The notes under the pieces are model-generated. The model was not told the DNA's origin, did not search any database, and saw only the letters and a list, made by a program, of their open reading frames with translations. This document shows, piece after piece, positions 49,999-61,339 of a stretch of DNA of 64,000 nucleotides (position 1 is the stretch's first letter; each line of letters starts with the position of its first letter). The stretch spans positions 64,001-128,000 of the forward strand of contig CAVZQN010000011.1 in the NCBI GenBank assembly GCA_963777505.1, read 5' to 3'. This DNA is from an uncultured bacterium. GTDB taxonomy: Bacteria; Acidobacteriota; HRBIN11; JAKEFK01. The position numbers were made by a program, and so were the translations under genes.

Positions 49999-50289
49999 CT
50001 ATTGCTCAGCAATAAATCTGAACCGTTGTCCTGATTCAGCGCCATGAATACTCTTTAACAATCCTTTCAATATGTTTCCACCGATCTGTTTTGCATGTCC
50101 TAGATCAAGGGGAACTTCCTGCGAATCTACAAAGAGCCGCAAGTCATTTTCTTCCAACAAGAATTCGATACGCTTTCCATCAGCGGCCTTTAAGGACTTC
50201 GCTAATGCAAGAATAATGTTTCCAGTCAGGTTTGACATAAATGGATTCAATTTTACCGGCTTGTCGTCAACAGAAATGGAAACATTCAT
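49999..50289 (-). CDS. Small protein made of two repeats resembling the MobB C-terminal extension
   Basis: VSISVDDKPVKLNPFMSNL..NII..L.KSLK and LRLFVDSQEVPL....KQI..NIL..LLKSIH. Confidence 0.6.
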   Translation of the reverse strand: MNVSISVDDKPVKLNPFMSNLTGNIILALAKSLKAADGKRIEFLLEENDLRLFVDSQEVPLDLGHAKQIGGNILKGLLKSIHGAESGQRFRFIAEQ

Positions 50290-50372
50290 TCTTTGATTTT
50301 ATATCACTTGTGATTGAACAACGAGGCAGAGAATGCCCCGCTAACACGTCCGGTTTTCTGTTGGGCCCTGAT

Positions 50373-51671
50373 TCAGTTAAAACATGAGGAGCGATTAGAA
50401 TGAATTTCGGAATTTTTCTCTGAAGATATTACTGAAATCTCAACCGATTCCAGCTTTTGCAGATTCTTGAGCACTTCTGCCCAATCATCCGGATCCTCAT
50501 ACGTTAAACCATTTGCTTTTTTGTTACTAAAAAAATTCAAGATATCTTTTCTTAATTTCACGGTAAGACCTTCAAAATTCTTTCCGGCGAGCCTTTCGAC
50601 TAATTCTGCGTATGTTTTATCTGCGAGTTGATATTCACCAAATTGCGTTAGCTCTCCTGTATCGAGATTTCTGTTTTCCAATTCTAAGGTTCCATTTCTT
50701 ACTTGTTTCAGCAGAGTGCGATAACGCTTTACAGTGATGGCAAAACTTTCTAGAAACATCTTTTCTACTTCGGGTGTAGGTATTTTAACCGCGAGAGCTT
50801 TCAATGGGCCAATTTTAGGAACAATCTTGATAAAGAAGGTCAGGACCCTGGTACACAAACCAGGTTTTTTATATTCTTTTCCCCATTCTTTTTCGAAATC
50901 TTTCCGCGGCATGAAATAAAAGAATTCTGACTTCTTGATTCCGGGTCTGAGTTTCTGGATGTCATCCTCTTTTGATTTCCACGCGACCTTAGTCAATTCT
51001 GGAATTAAATCCCTGATTGCAAATCGAAAGGTGCCTTCAGCAAGATCAAAATTCGTCACAATATCTTTTAGCTCTAACGTATAAACTTCTGAAAATGATC
51101 TTTCGAGCAATTCTTCGCTCAGATTAAAACCGATAAAGTCATGGTACGACTCAGGTGCGTAATTGCCTGAAGCTACTTGAAGAACATCGAAACCGAATTC
51201 GGCTCTGATATGTGCGGAGGGCTTTTCGTCAAAAGTAATGATATCTCCATGCTTTTTTCGAAGTTTGGGAAATAGGACCGGCACAGCACGGTTTGTGGCC
51301 AGAGCATGACCAGAGGAGTCGGATGGATAATGTGAAAGAATCCCGAGAGCAAAAGCGTATTCATTCAAATTTTGTGATTTTCGAATCATTGTCTCTATGA
51401 ATTCCCCTGTTCTGACGTAATGAATCAAATCCGAAAACATTTTGTTTCCGAAAGGGTAATACCCCATATCCTGGATTAATGACCCTCCGTATGCATAGCT
51501 TCTTGCTTCCTGGAGTTGATCTGAAGTTGAACCCGGGTATCGCAGCAGTAGTAGAGGCTCTAAAGAGTCTTCCCAGACCGAATCGATGAGTGCCTCATGG
51601 GTGAGAACGGAATAGGCGAAGCCTCCGGAATGGCAGAGAAGTAACACACCTAGACCAAGGATAAGTTTCAC
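50373..51671 (-). CDS. Secreted zinc-dependent phospholipase C-family protein
   Basis: Signal peptide, YSVLTHEA, QDMGYYPFG, SDLIHY, SHY.SD..GH, HIRAEFGFD. Confidence 0.8.
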   Translation of the reverse strand: MKLILGLGVLLLCHSGGFAYSVLTHEALIDSVWEDSLEPLLLLRYPGSTSDQLQEARSYAYGGSLIQDMGYYPFGNKMFSDLIHYVRTGEFIETMIRKSQNLNEYAFALGILSHYPSDSSGHALATNRAVPVLFPKLRKKHGDIITFDEKPSAHIRAEFGFDVLQVASGNYAPESYHDFIGFNLSEELLERSFSEVYTLELKDIVTNFDLAEGTFRFAIRDLIPELTKVAWKSKEDDIQKLRPGIKKSEFFYFMPRKDFEKEWGKEYKKPGLCTRVLTFFIKIVPKIGPLKALAVKIPTPEVEKMFLESFAITVKRYRTLLKQVRNGTLELENRNLDTGELTQFGEYQLADKTYAELVERLAGKNFEGLTVKLRKDILNFFSNKKANGLTYEDPDDWAEVLKNLQKLESVEISVISSEKNSEIHSNRSSCFN

Positions 51672-51805
51672 AACAGGAAACTATTCTGAAACATCCGGAA
51701 ATCAAGCACCCGAAACTGTAACCTTTCAAAAATGTAATGTTGCCGGAAGAGGTTTGTAATGGTTGATGAATTATGTTTGGAGAGTTAGTTGAAGGAGAAA
51801 ACACC

Positions 51806-52513
51806 ATGAAAATAGTTGCCTTAGTTTTAGTGCTTTTCTTATTTGTTCCAGTGATTCTATTTGCACACTCTCCAGGATTTACGCAACAATTCTTTACTGA
51901 GCGATGTAATTTTTCTTCCACAGGAAGAAATCCTTATTTTATTCTTGAACCTGGATATGAATTAGTCCTTGAAGGTGACGATGAAGGTGAAGAAGTGAGG
52001 GTAGTGATTACAGTTCTGGATGAGACCAAAGTAGTAAATGGTGTCGAGACGAGAGTCGTTCGGGAAAGAGAAACGATCGATGGCGAGCTTGTTGAAATAT
52101 CAAGGAATTATTTTGCGATATGCAGACCGTCGAACAGTGTGTTTTATTTTGGTGAGGATGTAAATATATATGAGAACGGCGTAATCGTTTCCCACGAAGG
52201 TGCCTGGCTTGCAGGAGTCAATGAAGCCAGAGAAGGTATGATTATGCCAGGTACTGTCTTGATTGGAGCCCGGTATTTTCAAGAAATTGCGCCGGAAATA
52301 GCATTGGATAGAGCGGAAGTTGTTAAGCTAGATGCAACGGTGGAGACTCCTTTCAGAACTTTTACAAATGCTTTATTTACAAGGGAAACAACACCACTTG
52401 AACCGGGCAGTACTTCACTTAAGTATTACGCTCCCGGAATAGGTCTTATAAAGGATGGCCCCGTTGAACTTGTAAGGATTAACACTTCAACCGCTGAGTT
52501 CTATGGTGACTAA
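51806..52513 (+). CDS. Secreted hypothetical beta-rich protein
   Basis: RBS AAGGAG, signal peptide, NPYF.LEPG, YFGEDV, KYYAPGIGL. Confidence 0.75.
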   Translation: MKIVALVLVLFLFVPVILFAHSPGFTQQFFTERCNFSSTGRNPYFILEPGYELVLEGDDEGEEVRVVITVLDETKVVNGVETRVVRERETIDGELVEISRNYFAICRPSNSVFYFGEDVNIYENGVIVSHEGAWLAGVNEAREGMIMPGTVLIGARYFQEIAPEIALDRAEVVKLDATVETPFRTFTNALFTRETTPLEPGSTSLKYYAPGIGLIKDGPVELVRINTSTAEFYGD

Positions 52514-52560
52514 TTTTGATCGCAATGGCGTTAATTTTTCTGATTAGGTCGTATTAATCC

Positions 52561-53235
52561 ATGAGAATTTTGGTAGTGGAGGATGATGAAAAGATTGCAT
52601 TGTTCATAGTGAAAGGTTTACAGCAGGCCGGCATGGTTGTTGATCGAGTTTCCGATGGACTTGAGGGATTCAACTATGCAACATCCGGAAATTACGATGC
52701 CGCTGTAGTTGATATCATGCTTCCACAAATGGATGGATTAAATATGATCCGCCGGATGCGAGAGAAGAAAATTAAAACACCTGTCATCATTCTTAGCGCA
52801 AGACGTTCGGTTGATGACAGAGTCACTGGACTGCAATCTGGTGGAGACGACTATCTTGTAAAGCCTTTTGCGTTTTCTGAATTACTCGCACGTGTGCAAG
52901 CTTTGATTCGGCGTAGCAGTAATGTTCCGGAGACGCATGCGCTTTCTGTTGGTGATTTGAATTTGGATCTGCTGACTCGCGAAGTGAAACGTGGTAAGAC
53001 TAACATTGAACTTCAGCCTCGCGAATATTCATTGCTTGAATATTTGATGCGAAACTCCGGCCGCGTAGTCTCGAAAACCATGATCCTGGAACAGGTTTGG
53101 GATTACAGTTTTGATCCTCAAACAAATGTGGTGGACGTTCTTGTATGCCGGCTCAGAAATAAAATTGACAAGGATTTCGATGAAAAGTTGATTCATACAA
53201 TCCGGGGCGTTGGATATGTCCTTAAGAAATCTTAG
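52561..53235 (+). CDS. OmpR-family response regulator (CusR/CzcR-like)
   Basis: VVEDD, DIMLP, GDDYLVKPF, TNVVDV, HTIRGVGY. Confidence 0.93.
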   Translation: MRILVVEDDEKIALFIVKGLQQAGMVVDRVSDGLEGFNYATSGNYDAAVVDIMLPQMDGLNMIRRMREKKIKTPVIILSARRSVDDRVTGLQSGGDDYLVKPFAFSELLARVQALIRRSSNVPETHALSVGDLNLDLLTREVKRGKTNIELQPREYSLLEYLMRNSGRVVSKTMILEQVWDYSFDPQTNVVDVLVCRLRNKIDKDFDEKLIHTIRGVGYVLKKS

Positions 53236-54637
53236 CCGTGCTTCGAAGAAAATCGGATTCCAGATTTCTATTCGTTACACCACAATATTAATTCTCTGCG
53301 CGCTTCTCATGTTTCTTGCATCTCACTTTACTCTTTCCGCAATTTTTGCTGATAAAGATAAAAAGTCGATTCAGCATACGATTGGTGTACTTTCAAAGAT
53401 CTATGAGAGAGAGGGACTGGATGCTGTCAAAAATGAAGTAGCCCGGACAAGAAAGGAAGATCTTCGTAAGAATTTTTTTGTTCGAGTTGCGTCACGCGAT
53501 AATTCTACATTGTATTCAACGGATCCTGCCGAGTTCGAAGATTTTGATGTTGAGACTGCTGTGAGCGAGGCAATTCCTGTGAATGGATGGGTCACGTTGA
53601 CAGAAAAAACTCCTGTAGATGAGATTGAGATTCTGAAGAAGTCAGAAATTCTTGAAATTGCGACCAGAAAAATGGCCGATGGATCCTTTCTTCAGGTAGG
53701 AAAAACTTCGGAATACAGGGAAGATTTTATGGGAAGCTTTCGGTGGATTCTGGCGCTTGCGATGATTCCGCTTGTTCTGGGTGCCAGTGCGTTGCTGTCC
53801 TTCCGAACTCTTCGTCCGGTTCAGTCATTGATTTCAACGCTTAAGGAAATTGAACGCGGGAAAATGGAAACACGTGTTCCTGTGACAGGTAGCGGAGATG
53901 AACTTGATGAACTCGCGAAACTTTTTAACAACATGCTGGAACGCATAGAGACTCTGATCTTAGGAATGCGAAGTTCGCTCGATAATGTAGCGCATGATTT
54001 AAGAACGCCGATTACACGATTTCGTGCGATCGCAGAATCTGCATTGCAGTCGGACCAGAACGGTAATTCTCACAGGGAAGCTTTGGCCGATTGTCTCGAA
54101 GAATCGGAAAGAATTGTCGCGATGCTGGACACCTTAATGGATATTTCCGAAGCCGAAACAGGATCGATGAGGCTCAATCTTGAAGTGATCGATGTCTTAA
54201 AGCTGATGCAGGAAACGGTAGATCTCTATCGATACGTCGCGGAGGATAAACAAATTTCAATCAACGTCAGTTGTGATGAACAGATCAAAATTAAAGCTGA
54301 CCGTAATCGCATGCGTCAGGTTCTTGCCAACCTGCTGGACAATGCAATTAAGTACACCGATGCGTACGGCAAAATCGAGTTGAGTGCTCAATCAATTTCT
54401 GGTGAGATCGTTATTCTTATCAAGGATACCGGTACAGGAATTCTAGTTGAAGAACTTCCCAGAATTTGGGAGCGTCTTTATCGCAGCGATGCAAGCCGTT
54501 CAAAACGAGGGCTTGGCTTAGGGCTCAGTCTTGTACGCGCGGTTGTTCATACCCATGGTGGACGTGTTGAAGCTCATAGCGAAGGCTTGGGATCTGGTTC
54601 AATGTTTATGATCAGCTTCCCAGAAGTCATTTTGTAG
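53216..54637 (+). CDS. Membrane sensor histidine kinase (HAMP)
   Basis: Two TMs, HAMP, AHDLRTP, NLLDNAIKY, DTGTG, GLGLGL. Confidence 0.93.
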   Translation: MSLRNLSRASKKIGFQISIRYTTILILCALLMFLASHFTLSAIFADKDKKSIQHTIGVLSKIYEREGLDAVKNEVARTRKEDLRKNFFVRVASRDNSTLYSTDPAEFEDFDVETAVSEAIPVNGWVTLTEKTPVDEIEILKKSEILEIATRKMADGSFLQVGKTSEYREDFMGSFRWILALAMIPLVLGASALLSFRTLRPVQSLISTLKEIERGKMETRVPVTGSGDELDELAKLFNNMLERIETLILGMRSSLDNVAHDLRTPITRFRAIAESALQSDQNGNSHREALADCLEESERIVAMLDTLMDISEAETGSMRLNLEVIDVLKLMQETVDLYRYVAEDKQISINVSCDEQIKIKADRNRMRQVLANLLDNAIKYTDAYGKIELSAQSISGEIVILIKDTGTGILVEELPRIWERLYRSDASRSKRGLGLGLSLVRAVVHTHGGRVEAHSEGLGSGSMFMISFPEVIL

Positions 54638-54741
54638 TAAGGCACGCAGCGGAGCGCATGCGACGCAGTGCCGTCAAACCATTTTATAGGAACGGTACTG
54701 CCTCATCCGCCTTCGGCGGATTCGCCTGCGTACCTAACTAC
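54634..54741. repeat. GTAG...CTAC-bounded imperfect palindrome between convergent genes
   Basis: gtagtaaggcacgcag ... ctgcgtacctaactac, internal atccgccttcggcggat hairpin. Confidence 0.65.
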
Positions 54742-57700
54742 AAACTTTTTAGTTCGCGCAAGTCTGCCGCATATCTTCGTGACAGGCCAGGATTCAGGCG
54801 AAGCGCTTCCTGAAACGATTCTTCAGCGGATCGAGCGATGGTTCGTTTTTCCGATTCTGTGCGGGATGCTTTTGCTTTAAGAACCAAAAGTTTGCCTTTG
54901 AGAATATGGCCATTCGCTGCGCGTGGATTTTCAGCAAGCATTGTCTCTGTACTCTTCAGTCCGCGCTGTATTTCTTCCAGAGCCAGCTTTTGTTGGCCTT
55001 GAGCAATTTTCCAGCGCTGCTGAAGCGGCTTCGATTTCTGCTTTCGCGGCATGAACCTCCGGCATTGTCGGAGCGAGTTCATCCGCTTTCTTTAGCGCCT
55101 CACGTGCACCTTCAAGATAGGATGACGGATCACGTTTGCTTGCGGTTTCGTATTCAGCTTGAATCGAATACGCGTTCGCTTGTCTGATAAATCCATCAAC
55201 ATTTTGAGGGTTTACTTCGGTCCCTTTTTTTAAGTGTTTTATCGCATCATTCAAGAACGACGTCGGATCGGCACCTTTATCAATTTCACACAACGCTTGA
55301 AGTTTGTAAGTTTCGCCAAGAGTATTGTAGGCAAGAAAAAAATTAGAATTAAGTTCGATGGATTTATTTAAGCCGGCTCTTGATAATTCAATGAGTGGCT
55401 TTGGATCATTGCCTTTCTCGTATTCGGCTTGCGCTTTTTCAAAATAGATTTCGCCTAAATTGCTGTAGCCGGTTTCATAGCGTGGATCGAGCCGAACCGC
55501 TTCCTTAAATTCATGAATGGCTTCATCTTGAAGCTTGCTAGTGTCTCTTCCCATTTGTTTTTCGTAAGAAGCTTTTTGTGCGAGCGATGTTGCGAGATTA
55601 TTATGAAAGCCTGCATTGGCAAGATCCAAATTCAAGGCTTGCCTATAAGTCTCAATCGCTTGATCAAACGACGGGCCTGCATCCTGTCCGGTTTCCATTT
55701 TGTATGCGCCGAGCCTTGTATAAGCCACCGCCATATTGTTATACGCCGCAAAACGAACCCATTCCCATTTCAAGTGAACTTTTTGCAGCTTGAATGGCTT
55801 CATTGAAATAAAATGTTGGATCGAGTCCGCGGCCCATTTGATACATTCCCCAATTGCTCATCAGTGCACATTTGGCAATATACGCTTCGGGTCTGTCTGG
55901 ATTTACCTTGAGCGAATTGTTACAAGCTTCAACTGACTTTTTCAGTATTTGTTCGTCAGGAACACCAGTCGAATAGATCATCAACGTAGTCCAATCGTAT
56001 CCAAGCGCGCATAGGCTTCCGTAACCAAGAGCATAACTTGAGCCTTTCCGAAGTGCTTCATGATATGCAGTCTCAGCTTTTTCATAATGATCGATTGCTT
56101 TTTTCGTATCCCCGACTTCACGGCTTTCATTTGCCATAGCCCGCAAAATATCTGCTTCAAGTTTTTTTGCTTCGAAAAACCATGGCTGCCGCTGAAATGC
56201 GATTTGAGTTTTTTGCAGCGCCTCCGAATAGCGCTTATCAAGAAAACAAATTAAGCCTTCAACAAACTCAGGCGCTTCAATCGCAGAACTTCCTTCATTG
56301 ATTAACTGGAGCGCCGGTTGTTTGAATTCTTTATCGATTTCGGCTTTCTTCTGCTCTTTTGCTTGTTTATCAGGAATTCGATTCGCGCGGTCTATTTCTC
56401 TCGGATACATCAGACCCAATGTGAGTCCAAGTGCAAACGCAACGCGGGGAATACGATACTCGCTCCATGCTTTTTCAAGATGTGTTCTTGCTTCCGGATA
56501 GCGGTACAACGCCATGTAACCTCGACCCATCGCAAAGTTGCCAGGACCTTCGGCTGCACCTCCTGCTTCTTGAATGCGTTTTTCAATTGCGCTCAATCGT
56601 TGTTCAACAACAGCTTCTTCTTTGCGAATATCATGAAGCGGTTCGGTGTAGGCATGGCGGGCTGTATCTTCCATGTATCTGATTTCTTGCTCAAATTCAT
56701 TCGCGAGTTTTGCTTGTGATTGCGCTCGCAGCCAGGTCCATGCTGCAAACAATGCGATTGTGATAACGGCTACAAACGCTGCAGCAAGCAAGCCTGAAAT
56801 GATTGGATATTTCTTAACGCGTTTATACGCACGATGGCTCCAAGTTACCGGACGTGCGAGGATTGGTTCGCCTTCCAAAAATCGATTGAGATCTTGAGCT
56901 AGAGCTGCTGCGGTTTCATATCGTCTTGATGGTTCCTTTTGAAGACACTTCTGTACAATCGTTTCAAGTTCAACAGGAATTTGCGGATTATGATAGCGAA
57001 CCGGTTTTGCTTCTTCGTTGATTACCTTTACAAGAACATCAAGGGAGTTGTCGCCTTCAAAAGGAGGTTTACCTGCCAAAAATTCGTAAAGCGTTGCTCC
57101 AAGCGCATGAATATCGCATCGTGCATCCAGTATCCGAACATCTCCACGGGCTTGTTCCGGTGCCATATACCATGCGGTACCCATCACCATCCCCGTGGAT
57201 GTCATTCCAGGCGTAGTTAATTCCCGCGCGAGACCAAAGTCAGTAACGTACGGAACCAGCTCACCCGAGTCTGTAGGTGCTACTAATATGTTCGTAGGTT
57301 TAATGTCGCGGTGAATAACACCCATCTGATGAGCTGCGTGAACTGCTTCGGAAACATAAATCATGATTTGAACTTTTTGTTTAAGAGATAATCGCGATAC
57401 ATTCTCCACCATCGTCTTTCCGGTAACGAGCTGCATGGCAATGTACTGCTTGCCGTAAATTTCTCCGACTTCATAGACTTTGCAAATGTGGGGATGTTCC
57501 ATTCGACCCTGGACGCGCGCTTCAAGCAAGAATCTCTTACTCCAGATGGGGATCATTAACGTGTAGAAACTTCAATGCCACCTGGCGCTGTAGTTCAAGA
57601 TCTATAGCCTTATAAACTGTTCCCATTCCGCCACGGCCAATCAATTCAACGATTTGATACCGTTTAACAAGAACATCGCCAGGATTGAATTCTTCAGTAT

Positions 57701-57935
57701 GGACTCCCGGTCCGATTCCTTGAGTTGCATCCGGAGCGGCGCCTTTTGTGAGAATTCCTTGCTTTGAATTTTCTGTCGCAAGCAATTCATTGATCTCTGT
57801 ACGCAATTCGACATCAGAGCCGCATGCTTCTTTTAAATAAGTTTCACGTTCAGATGGATCTTTTTCTCTTGCTTCGTGGAAGATTTCCCAAAGACGATCC
57901 CAGCGTTCTTGATTGCTGTTCTCTGAAGAACTCAT
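54738..57935 (-). CDS. Ser/Thr kinase with TM and long TPR array; one gene split into four ORFs by frameshifts
   Basis: N-term ERWDRL.EIF..A...ER..YL..ACG.D (ECF-associated kinase signature), GRGGMG, VALK | [18 protein letters not shown] | TPRs. Shifts near 57545, 55770 and 55000. Confidence 0.88.
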
Positions 57936-58516
57936 TTTGATCCGCTATTTTTCTGCATTTCGCGGTATAGCCATGCGCGAGCTGCGGCCCATTGTCGATC
58001 AATCGTACGTGGCGCAATATTTAACATCTCTGCCGTTTCTTGAACGGTTAAACCAACGAAAAAACGCAATTTAAGAACATCACTCATTTCTTTATCATGC
58101 TTTTCTAGACGGCTTAAAGCTTCATCCAGCACAAGAAGTTCTTCGTCTTTGGGCTCTTGAATCATTAGAGTTTCGTCCAGATCGATTCTTTGCATGTTGC
58201 CTTGTCTTTTATTACGGCTTTTTCGTCTTGCATGTTCAATAAGGATCCGCCGCATGGCTTCTGCTGCGGCAGTAAAGAAATGAGCTTTATTTTGGAAACG
58301 GGATCCTTCATCCGCCATTAAGCGGATGTAAGCTTCATGAACGAGTGCGGTTGCCTGGAGTGTATGACCGGGTGACTCTCGCGCCATTTGACTCCGCGCC
58401 ATCTTTCGCAATTCATTGTAAACAAGTGTAAACAAATCCTGAGATGCTTCGATGTCGCCTTTATTGATGAGATCAAGAATCCTGGTGATTTTGTGAGACG
58501 CGGACGACCTTTCCAT
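57932..58516 (-). CDS. ECF-type sigma factor (STK-associated, TIGR02999-like)
   Basis: [47 protein letters not shown] overlap with the kinase gene. Confidence 0.92.
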   Translation of the reverse strand: MERSSASHKITRILDLINKGDIEASQDLFTLVYNELRKMARSQMARESPGHTLQATALVHEAYIRLMADEGSRFQNKAHFFTAAAEAMRRILIEHARRKSRNKRQGNMQRIDLDETLMIQEPKDEELLVLDEALSRLEKHDKEMSDVLKLRFFVGLTVQETAEMLNIAPRTIDRQWAAARAWLYREMQKNSGSK

Positions 58517-58574
58517 CTACTTCCCCTGATTCAAATATTATGGCATGAATGAGTAGCGAAACTTACAGATGGTG

Positions 58575-58647
58575 GTAGGGGCGACCCTTGTGGTCGCCCT
58601 ATATCCGTGAACAGGATTCGCAGGGCGGCCACAAGGGCCGCCCCTAC
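58575..58647. repeat. GTAG-type REP doublet
   Basis: gtaggggcgacccttgtggtcgccct ... agggcggccacaagggccgcccctac. Confidence 0.8.
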
Positions 58648-60324
58648 TAAAACGTTATACGGATGTTTGCCCCGGGCTGATCGGTGAGAATATCTAACTT
58701 TCCGTCAATTTGTCTTACAAGTAAGTTAATCAACTTCCAACCAAGCGTTTTTGATTTTTCCAGCAGCTCTGTCGGCGGCAATCCGCAGCCATAATCACGC
58801 GCTAGCAATTCGATCTGGCCGTCTTGTCTAGATAGAGATAATTCCAGAATTCCGTTAGTGACATCGTTATATGCGTATTTAAGCGAATTTGTCAGAATTT
58901 CGTTGAGGATCAAACCAATCGGAACCGCTTTACTCAACTCAACCGTGATTGCATCGCCATGGAAGATGAATTCAATTTTCTTGCTACGGCCGCAAGTGTG
59001 AATAATTTCAGTTGCAAGAACTTTAATATAGGAAGTCAGATTCAACCCACCAGACTCATGTTCGGCGAATAGATTTTCATGAATCAGATGCCATCGCTTT
59101 AATACGCCTTCTGCTTTCTTCAAGTATATTGATCGCTTCAGATTCGACTAAATGTTGTGATTGAAGGCCTAATAAGCTGATGATGACTTGAAGATTGTTC
59201 TTGACGCGATGATGAATCTCTTGCAGGAGTATTTCCTTTTCTAGAAGGGAAGATCGTATTTTTTCTTCAGCCTGTTTCCGTAAAGTGATGTCCGTTGAAA
59301 TTCCGCAAATCGCATATGGTTTTCCTTGCTTATCAAATAAGGGAACCTTGACCGAAATGTATGTGTGCGGACCATCTATCTGAGAGTTCGATTCTTCAAA
59401 TTCTATGGGAGTGAGGCGCTCCAAGACTATTGCATTGTTTTCAGCAAAAGTTTTGGCAACATCATTTGGAAACAATTCGTAGAGCGATTTTCCAATAAGT
59501 TCTTTTTTTGTTTTACCCAAAAGTGTTTCAAAACTCTGATTCGCAAGCAATATCTTGTTGGATGTATCAACGATATAAACAAGAGCGGTTGTATTATCGA
59601 GAACTGCATGGAGCCGGTCGTCAAGTACCTCTAAAGCTTCCTCGGCGTGTCTCCGGTTCGTTATGTCGGTGATTGTCAAAACGAATCCATTTTCTCGTCC
59701 ACTAATATCCTGTACATCATTAAGAGCCATGTGGAAACAGCGGCTCTCGATGTGAAAATCTTGAGAACTTCTTTTTGGTGAGAAGTCCAATGATTTTCTC
59801 TGCAACAAGTCATTAATATCCGGTGCTTTAAGGTCTTCCTCTTTAAGTTGAAGCATATTTTCAAATGCTTTGTTGTATCTAAGGACTTCTTTTTCTAAAC
59901 CAAGCAGGCAAATGCCATCACCAATTGAATCAAAAGTTGTTTGCCATTGAACTTCCGCCTTTTTTGCGCGTAAGAAAGCATTGATCGTGGAGGTGAGTAC
60001 TGCCGGTTCGACAGGGTGGATCAAATAAGCATCTGCGGATCCTGCTGCCAAAGTTGTTGCAGGGTAGTCATTTTGGCTCGCGGTTATGCGAAGAATTGGG
60101 ATTGATGACGTTTCGGGATCATTTTTTAATCTCCGGCAAACTTCCAACCCGCTGATATCCGGAAGTGTGAAATTTAACAAAACCAAATCAGGATGGTTCC
60201 GTGCAAGATCCAGCGCCGTTTCACCATTCGTCGCTTCCCAAACGTCAAAACCAGAACGCTTTAACGCATTGCCGATGTTGTCCCTTGAAGTCTCGTTTGC
60301 ATCTACATTCAAGATTAATGGCAT
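58647..60324 (-). CDS. REC-PAS-PAS histidine kinase (HisKA_2); frameshift near 59090
   Basis: Degenerate REC, two PAS, EIHHRVKNNLQ | LIHE.L, GLILNEILTNSLKYA, DYGCG, LGWKLI. Confidence 0.9.
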
Positions 60325-60499
60325 TTGTTCCGAAACTCCTCAGAGACATGATTTTCTCTACTTATAACCTCGGCTCAGAGGCGGTGTTTTTCAAGAGCAA
60401 TCTCACTTTTTATGGTCGAAAGGCGTGTTTTTTATCGGTTTGACGCATGTATCTGTAGTGGAAATGAAGTTGAGCTTGTACAGAAGGAGGTACAAAACA

Positions 60500-61330
60500 A
60501 TGGAATCACTAACGTTACCTGGTAAAAAACATCTTAGGAATTCACAAGTCCGATCGCCTTGAAAACATGATCAGAGTTGCAATTGATAAGAAATTAGCAG
60601 GAAATGCGGGGGTGGCGGGCCATCTTTATGATGTATTCGCACCGATCTCTTCCGGAACATTCAGTAATTTCGCAAATGGATTGTCGCCATTTGGTTTTGT
60701 GCGGCTACCGTTTCAATCAGACAAACATGAATCAGCATATCGCTGCATTGTTGGAACGTTACGGCAGCCGAAGTGATCTCATTAATAGTCTGGCAGTATC
60801 TCTAGGAAACAGTGCAGTGATTCCAAATTTGAACCTGGATCAACAACTTGGCCAGATTTCTCAGCAACTGTTGGGGTCGTTGCAGGTTCTGATTCAAGAT
60901 AAATTGAATGCCATGAACCCAGCGATGAATGTTCCGATGATGAAAAAGAAGAAGAAGAAAAAAGGTCTTGGCGGCAAGCTGAAGAAAATGAAAAAAGGAT
61001 TCAAGAAGATTCGGCAAGATGGCAAAAGGGATCACGAAAATGGGCAAAAGCTTATTTAAAGGTGTACTCAAAGGAGTTGGAGGAATCTTTAAAGGCGGAC
61101 TGCTAACGGGACTTACCGGATTTTTTCAACTTGGTGGCGGACTCTTTGGCGGTCTTGCCGGCGGCCCAATCGGCTCAAAAATGCTCGGTCAGATTGCGGG
61201 GAAAAAAGGTGGCGCTAAGTTTTTTCAGATCTTCGGACAGATGAGCAAAATGTTTGGCGTCATTGGAAATATTCACAACGGCATGAACCAGTTCAATCTT
61301 CAAAACCTTTCCAAAATGATCCGCATATAA
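60500..61330 (+). CDS. Gly/Lys/Gln-rich amphipathic protein, probably one gene with several frameshifts
   Basis: RBS AGGAGG + ATG near 60500, then overlapping ORFs 60567, 60604 and 61019 that join into a poly-Lys, Gly-zipper protein. Confidence 0.55.
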
Positions 61331-61339
61331 AATCGCGAT

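Noticed and set aside
51717-51762. CopR/CusR-like binding box (repeated TGTAA) upstream of the secreted protein and two-component genes
   Set aside because: Plausible, but the match is short and AT-rich, so it cannot be supported without a motif scan.
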